Assembly (NCBI GenBank): GCA_951406725.2
Contig: OX597840.1
Span: 24,614,001 to 24,678,000, forward strand
DNA: 64,000 nt
Direction: 5' to 3'
Source of the DNA: Octopus vulgaris
Taxonomy: Eukaryota
This document shows positions 56,878 through 64,000 of this stretch, piece after piece. Position 1 is the first letter of the stretch, and every line of letters begins with the position of its first letter. The position numbers and the translations under genes were made by a program. The notes beneath the pieces are model-generated. The model did not search any database, had not been told where the DNA came from, and was given only the letters and a program-made list of their open reading frames with translations.

Positions 56878-59133
56878 ATGGAGGATGGTAATCACTCAGA
56901 CACTTCCGACACAACTGTTTCTGAGAATATAGATTCGATTAAACAGACATCTGATGCTGAGGAACCATCATCTCATGGTAAGAAACCATTATCCTGTAAG
57001 AACAAGTCACCGCGAAGAAATATCAATTGTGAAATATGCGGAAAAACTTTTGAGAATTCCAGTAATTTAAAAAAGCACAAGCGATTACACACGGGGGAAA
57101 AACCATTTAAATGTGACATTTGTGGAAAATCATTGAATCAGAAATACCACCTGATTGTCCACAAGCGTAGTCACACTGGAGAAAAACCGTTTCGCTGTGA
57201 GCTATGTGGAAAATCTTTTGTTGATAATTACTACCTAAAGGTTCACAAAAAGAGGCATACCGGGGAAAACTGTTTTAATTGCGAAATATGTCAGAAGTTC
57301 TTTCCTTACAATTATCTCCTTGTTCTCCACATTCGTAGTCACACGGGCGAGAAACCGTTCCACTGTGAAACATGTGGTAAGTCTTTTGCTGATAATAGTT
57401 TCCTAACAAAGCACAAGAGGATCCATTCCGAAGAGAAATCTTACCATTGTGACATCTGTGGGAAATTATTTGTCAGTAATACTGTCTTGAAAATTCACAG
57501 AAGAATTCACACGGGGGAGAAGCCTTACCATTGTGATATTTGTGGTAAATCTTTTGCCATTAATAGCTCGTTAACGAGTCATTTGAGGATTCATACTGGG
57601 GACAAACCGTACCCCTGTAAAATATGCGGAAAATCTTTTCTCAGTAATAGCTATTTAACGAAGCATGAACGAATTCATTCTGGGGAGAAACCTTATTGTT
57701 GTCAAATTTGCGGAAAATCGTTCGTGGTAAAAAGTCATTTAACACGGCATGAACGAATTCACTCTGGAGAGAGACCCTTCCACTGTGATATTTGTGGAAA
57801 ATCGTTCGTTGACAATAGTGATTTAACAAAACACAGAAAAATCCACACTGGCGGAAAACCATTTAAATGCGAAATATGTAGGAAATCTTTTGGGAATATT
57901 CATTCTCTTGGAGTTCACAAAAGATTACACTCCGAAGGGAAGCTTTTGAATTGTGAAGTATGTCGGAAATCCTTCTTGGATAACACTCAACTGCTTCGTC
58001 ACAAGACGGTCCACACTGGGGAAAAACGGTTCCGCTGTGAAGTATGTGGAAAATCGTTCAGGAAAAACTCGCTACTTGTGGCCCATATACGTATTCATAC
58101 TGGAGAGAAACCTTACCACTGTGAAATGTGCGGAAAATCATTCGTAGTTAAAAGTAATTTAACGAGTCACAAACGAGTTCACACCAGAGAGAAACCGTTC
58201 CACTGTGAAATCTGTGGAAGGTCTTTCATGAAGAACTCGGTACTTATCACCCATATACGGAGTCATACCGGAGAAAAGCCTTACCATTGTGATATTTGCG
58301 GGAAGTTCTTCAGCGCCAATTCTTATCTTGTCGTTCACAAAAGAATTCATGAAGGGAAACCCTATTATTGTGACGTGTGTGGAAAATCTTTCTTGATTAA
58401 GTCTCTACTTCTTCGTCATGAAAAAGTCCACAGCGGAGAAAAACCATTCCGGTGTGAAACGTGTGGGAAATCCTTTTTGGATAAATCTCGACTTGCTCGT
58501 CATGAACGGATACACACCGGGGAAAAACCATTCTCTTGCGATATTTGTGGGAAATCCTTCATGGATAATTCCCGACTTCTTCACCACAGAGGCATACACA
58601 CTGGGGAAAAACCTTTCCATTGCGAAACTTGTGGGAAATCCTTCTTGGAGAAGTCCCACCTTGCCAGTCACAAAAGAGTACATACTGGCGAAAAACCCTT
58701 TTTTTGTGATATTTGTGGTAAATATTTCTCGTCCGGCAGTAACTTAACAAGGCATAAGGTACAACACGTTGGGAAAAAAGAATTCCACTGCGACATATGC
58801 AGAAAATCTTACTTCAGTAACGATGATTTACGAAGACACAAAAGGATTCATGATGGAGAAAAAACATTCCACTGTGAAATCTGTGGAAAATCTTTCTTCG
58901 ATAATTCTAACCTTATTGTCCACATCCGTAGTCACACTGGGGAAAAACCTTATCATTGTGACACCTGTGAGAAATCATTTACCTGTAAAGGTGACTTGAA
59001 CAGACACAAACAAAGACACACGGGAGAAAGGCCACATTATTGTGAGACATGTGGGAAGTCATATTTCTGTAAAAGTGACTTGAATAATCACAAACGCTCG
59101 CACACGAAAGGGAAGGCTTTGAATAATGAGTGA
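56878..59133 (+). CDS. C2H2 zinc-finger protein ZNF-6 (751 aa, 25 fingers; MEDGNHSDTS subfamily)
   Basis: 25 canonical fingers. Predicted acceptor tttctttacAG at 56541-56542. Confidence 0.95.
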   Translation: MEDGNHSDTSDTTVSENIDSIKQTSDAEEPSSHGKKPLSCKNKSPRRNINCEICGKTFENSSNLKKHKRLHTGEKPFKCDICGKSLNQKYHLIVHKRSHTGEKPFRCELCGKSFVDNYYLKVHKKRHTGENCFNCEICQKFFPYNYLLVLHIRSHTGEKPFHCETCGKSFADNSFLTKHKRIHSEEKSYHCDICGKLFVSNTVLKIHRRIHTGEKPYHCDICGKSFAINSSLTSHLRIHTGDKPYPCKICGKSFLSNSYLTKHERIHSGEKPYCCQICGKSFVVKSHLTRHERIHSGERPFHCDICGKSFVDNSDLTKHRKIHTGGKPFKCEICRKSFGNIHSLGVHKRLHSEGKLLNCEVCRKSFLDNTQLLRHKTVHTGEKRFRCEVCGKSFRKNSLLVAHIRIHTGEKPYHCEMCGKSFVVKSNLTSHKRVHTREKPFHCEICGRSFMKNSVLITHIRSHTGEKPYHCDICGKFFSANSYLVVHKRIHEGKPYYCDVCGKSFLIKSLLLRHEKVHSGEKPFRCETCGKSFLDKSRLARHERIHTGEKPFSCDICGKSFMDNSRLLHHRGIHTGEKPFHCETCGKSFLEKSHLASHKRVHTGEKPFFCDICGKYFSSGSNLTRHKVQHVGKKEFHCDICRKSYFSNDDLRRHKRIHDGEKTFHCEICGKSFFDNSNLIVHIRSHTGEKPYHCDTCEKSFTCKGDLNRHKQRHTGERPHYCETCGKSYFCKSDLNNHKRSHTKGKALNNE

Positions 59134-59222
59134 CCTGAGAAATCTTTCTCTTGTAAGTCTAAACTCATAGTCTGTCGAAGAAAATGATTACAGATATATT
59201 TTTTTCACAACAAATGCCCTCC

Positions 59223-59224
<2 letters not shown>

Positions 59225-59269
<45 letters not shown>

Positions 59270-59294
59270 CATTTAAAGCGGATGTTAAATGATG

Positions 59295-59333
<39 letters not shown>

Positions 59334-59960
59334 TATGTACACACATATTTATATACACACACATGATATATATATTTATATATACATACACACATATATA
59401 TAATATATACACACGATATATATATATAGCATTTAAGGCAGATGTTAAATGATGATATATATATATACACACACAAACATATATGTACACACATATTTAT
59501 ATACACACACATGATATATATATTTATATATACATACATACACACATATATATAATATATACACACGATATATATATATATATATAGCATTTAAGGCAGA
59601 TGTTAAATGATGATATATATATATACACACACAAACATATATGTACACACATATTTATATACACACACATGATATATATATTTATATATACATACATACA
59701 CACATATATATAATATATACACACGATATATATATATATATATATAGCATTTAAGGCAGATGTTAAATGATGATATATATTTATATATATAATATATACA
59801 CACAATGATATATATATTTATATATACATACATACATACATATATATAATATATACACACATGATATATATATATGTATATATACACACACACACACAGA
59901 AAGTGTATATGCATACACACATGAGATATATATATACACACATTTTATATATATATATAT
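59225..59960. repeat. TA/CA-rich minisatellite, ~160-bp unit, ~4 copies
   Basis: The anchor tagcattta(a/g).....gatgttaaatgatgat recurs at ~59267, 59427, 59585 and 59746. Confidence 0.9.
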
Positions 59961-60227
59961 TTAATTATTAGTTGCCAAACCTTGATGCCCTTGAAATAAT
60001 TAGAGCATTCCAGAAGCTAAATTCTAGTGACTGAGGTCACATTTTTTCTTGTATTATTTAGAATTCTACTTCACCAAATGTTTTGATATTTTCAATCTCT
60101 TCTTAATTTTCGACGATGTACTATGTTGGTTGATTAACAAAAATCACAGTTTTTGTTTATTTGTTGCTGCTATTTGAGTTACGCTTCTGGTGCCATTACC
60201 AATTATTTTGAATAAATTCTGTTCATA

Positions 60228-60958
60228 GGCGTATATGTGTTTCTGTGTGGTAAGTAGCTTGCTTACGAACCTCATGGTTCCGGGTTCAGTCCCACTGCGT
60301 GGCACCTTGGGCAAGTGTCTTCTACTATAGCCTCGGGCCGACCAAAGCCTTGTGTGTGGATTTGGTAGACGGAAACTGAAAGAAGCCTGTTGTATATATG
60401 TATATAAGCGTAGGAGTGGCTGTGTGGTAAGTAGCTTGCTTACGAACCACATGGTTCCGGGTTCAGTCCCACTGCGTGGCACCTTGGGCAAGTGTCTTCT
60501 ACTATAGCCTCGGGCCGACCAAAGCCTTGTATGTGGATTTGGTAGACGGAAACTGAAAGAAGCCTGTTGTATATATGTATATAAGCGTAGGAGTGGCTGT
60601 GTGGTAAGTAGCTTGCTTACGAACCTCATGGTTCCGGGTTCAGTCCCACTGCGTGGCACCTTGGGCAAGTGTCTTCTACTATAGCCTCGGGCCGACCAAA
60701 GCCTTGTGAGTGGATTTGGTAGACGGAAACTGAAAGAAGCCCGTCGTATATATGTATATGTATATATATATGCGTGTGTGTGTTTGTCCCCCTAGCACTG
60801 CTTGACAACCGATGCTGGTGTGTTTATGTCCCCGTTACTTAGCGGTTCGGCAAAAGAGACCGATAGAATAAGTACTGGGGTCGAGTTGCTCGATTAAAGG
60901 CGGTGCTCCAGCATGGCCGCAGTCAAATGACTGAAACAAGTAAAAAAGTAAAGAGTAA
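60228..60958 (+). repeat. Family A SINE concatemer (three heads plus tail)
   Basis: 180-bp periodicity at ~60240, 60420 and 60600. Confidence 0.85.
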
Positions 60959-61227
60959 GAAAAAAAAATGTGAGGACGTAGCACATGCAAAGTATTAATA
61001 AGACACTCAGAGAAGGAAAAGAGTAGTTGTTTTATGTTTTGAGCATAGCTCTTTGTCGGAAACCGAAAACATAGGGAAGTCTAAAGGCAAAGGAAGAAGG
61101 AGGTTAAAAAAAATTGCTAACAGTTCATGTGGAGTTACAGTTTTTAAATGACCAGAAGTAGAAGGACAAAGAGAAAGTGATCTCTGGGACAGGAGCATGT
61201 GAAGAATGCTTGGTATCTATGCATATG

Positions 61228-63790
61228 TTAGGAAGGGCATCCAGCTGTAGAAACACTGCCAGATCAGACTGGAGCCTGGTGCAGCCTCCTGGCTTCCCAG
61301 ACAACGGTCGAACCGTCCAACCCGTGCTAGCACGGAAAACGGACGTTGAACGATGATGATGATGATGATGATTTCATCATCATCATCGTTTAACGTCCGT
61401 TTTCCATGCTAGCACGGGTTGGACGGTTCGACCGGGGTCTGGGAATATGTGCGAAGACATGTTGGGGCAAGCGAAATCGAAATCGAATTGAACCAGCCAG
61501 GATCCCTGGTCTGGTGGTACGTAAAAAGCACTATCCGACTCCTGGCCGATGCCAGCGCCGCCTCGACTGGCTTCCGTGCCGGTGGCACGTAAAATACACC
61601 AATCCGACCGTGGCCGTTGCCAGCCTCGCCTGGCACGTAAAAAGCACCCACTACACTCACGGAGTGGTTGGCGTTAGGAAGGGCATCCAGCCGTAGAAAC
61701 TGTGCCAGATAAGACTGGAGCCTGGTGCAGCCTCTTGGTTTCCCAGACCCCGGTTGAACCGTCCAACCCATGCTAGCATGGAAAGCAGACGTTAAGCGAT
61801 GATGATGATGATGATGTATGTATGTATGCTGTTGCCAGTACTGCCTGACTGGCCCTCGTGCTGGTGGCACGTAAAAGCACCCACTAGACTCTCAGAGTGG
61901 TTGGCGTTAGGAAGGGCATCCAGCTGTAGAAACTGCAAGATCAGATTGGAGTCTGGTGCAGCCATCTGGTTCGCCAGACCTCAGTCAAAATCGTCCAACC
62001 CATGCAAGCATGGAAAGTGGACATTAAACGATGATGATGATCTATGTATGTATACATGTATTTGTGTTTGTATATATGTTTGCAAGTTTTTGCTTATTCC
62101 TCAATCTCAATTACAAAATACAAAAGAAAACATAATACCGGTTCCTTGCTTCCTGTTATTCTTCCACACTATATTCACCAGGCGGCGAGCTGGCAGAAAC
62201 GTTAGCACGCCGGGCGAAATGCGTAGCCATATTTCGTCTGTCGTTACGTTCCGAGTTCAAATTCCGCCGAGGTCGACTTTGCCTTTTATCCTTTCGGGGT
62301 CGATAAATTAAGTACCAGTTACGCACTGGGGTCGATGTAATTGACTTAATCCCTTTGTCTGTCCTTGTTTGTCCCCTCTGTGTTTAGCCCCTTGTGGGTA
62401 GTAAAGAAATATATATTCACCTGTCATGCTACATAATAGCCTGTTGGATTAGGTTGGGTTGTCTATGTTCAGTCCAGGAAGAAGGCCTCAGCATGTCCTC
62501 TCCACCAACCACGATCTGATGTGGAAGCTGAGAATTTGAACTTGAGATCATACTGGTTTGATGAGCCAACTCTGGCTCAGCATGGGTAACATCTTTTTTT
62601 CATAAATTATATTTTTCATACATTATATTATAAATCAAAAAAATCAAAATCAAATCAGATATCAGAAAGCAGAACCAAAATCGAAGTCGATCAACATCAA
62701 TGGAAATTGTGGATGTGATACCAGTGCCGGTGACAAGTAAGCGAACCATTCGATTGTGGCCGTTGCCAGCGCCGCCCCGACTGGCCTCCGTGCCGGTGAC
62801 ATGTAAAAAGCACCCACTACACTCGTGGAGTGGTTGGCGTTAGGAAGGGCATCCAGCCGTAGAAACACTGCCAGATCAGACTGGGCCTGATGCAGCCTCC
62901 TGGCTTCCCAGACCCCAGTTGAACCGTCCAACCCATACTAGCACGGAAAACGGACGCTAAATGATGATGATGATACCCTTAACTAGGAGTAGTTAGCTCA
63001 ATATCGTGTGTGTATTCCTCAACTGAATCATGTAACCTATCCTGAGCCTTAACTTTCTTTATATGGTAGTTTGTCATGCATCTAATTCCACATGTACTTC
63101 ATCATCATCATCATCATCATCTCCTAGCATCTGCTTTCCATGCTGGCATGGGTTGGACGGTGCAACTGGGGTCTGGGAAGCCAGAAGGCTGCACCAGGCC
63201 CAGTCTGATCAGGCAATGTTTCTACGGCTGGATGCCCTTCCTAACGCCAACCACTCCATGAGTGTAGTGGCTGCTTTTTACGTGCCAGGCGAGGCTGGCA
63301 ACGGCCACGATCGGATGGTGCTTTTTACGTGCCACCGGCACAGAAGCCAGTCAGGGCGGCAACGGCCACGTTCGGATGGTTCTCTTATGTGCCACCAGCA
63401 CTGGTACCACAGCTACAATTTCCATTCATGTTGATCGATTTTGATTTTTGAGTTGATATATATTATTAAAACTTCCGTGCAGGTGGCACGTAAAATGCAC
63501 CAATCTGACCGTGGCCGATGCCAGCCTCGCCTGGCACCAGTGCAGGTGGCACGTAAAATGCACCAATCCGACCGTGGCCGATGCCAGCCTCGCCGGGCAC
63601 CAGTGCAGGTGGCACGTAAAAAGCACCCACTACACTCACGGAGTGGTTGGCGTTAGGAAGGGCATCCAGCCGTAGAAACACTGCCAGATCAGACTGGAGC
63701 CTGGTGCAGCCTTCTGGCTTCCCAGATCCCAGTTGCACCGTCCAACCCATGCTAGCATGGAAAGCGGACGTTAAACGATGATGATGATGA
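61228..63790. mobile_element. Dense cluster of ~7 family E elements in both orientations, plus one family B SINE (62180-62411)
   Basis: Repeated ggttggcgttaggaagggcatccagc cores with (gat)n/(cat)n tails. Confidence 0.8.
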
Positions 63791-63814
63791 TATATTATTA
63801 AAACTGTGACAAGA

Positions 63815-64000
63815 TTGAAACTCCGACGTCTGGCAGCTGACTTGGCAGACACCCATAAAATTATCAACCACCGCACAAACAATAACTCTGAGCACCTCTT
63901 CAAACTCCACCCATCTAACACCCGTGGACATATTTACAAAGTAAGAAAACAGCACAGCTCCCATGACTTCAGGAAACATTTTTTCACGCTGAGAGTTGCT
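63815..64000 (+). mobile_element. CR1-like LINE ORF2 C-terminal fragment (second family)
   Basis: LKLRRLAADLADTHKII...NTRGHIYKVRKQHSSHDFRKHFFTLRVA; runs off the window end. Confidence 0.8.

Overview
AT-rich eukaryotic DNA, very likely from an Octopus/coleoid cephalopod genome (inferred from the SINE families and the tandem C2H2 gene clusters that are typical of Octopus). The window holds six C2H2 zinc-finger genes with single coding exons (11-28 fingers, no KRAB/SCAN/ZAD/BTB domain). Four of them form a paralogous subfamily with an M(E/D)DGNHSDTS leader, including a head-to-head inverted duplicate pair. The genes sit in a dense matrix of tRNA-derived SINEs (often concatemeric), RTE and CR1 LINE 3' fragments, Merlin-type and piggyBac-type MITEs, a non-autonomous Helitron and microsatellites. 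The most notable feature is an intact Merlin/IS1595-family transposase ORF (1379-2230, minus) with no flanking TIRs and altered motifs. It is preceded by a ~265-nt AG-free pyrimidine tract with a branch-point-like motif, and by a 200-nt candidate exon copied from the 5' UTR of the neighbouring zinc-finger gene, so it may be a domesticated transposase wired into the ZNF cluster. All coordinates were read by eye; repeat boundaries are approximate and splice sites are predictions.
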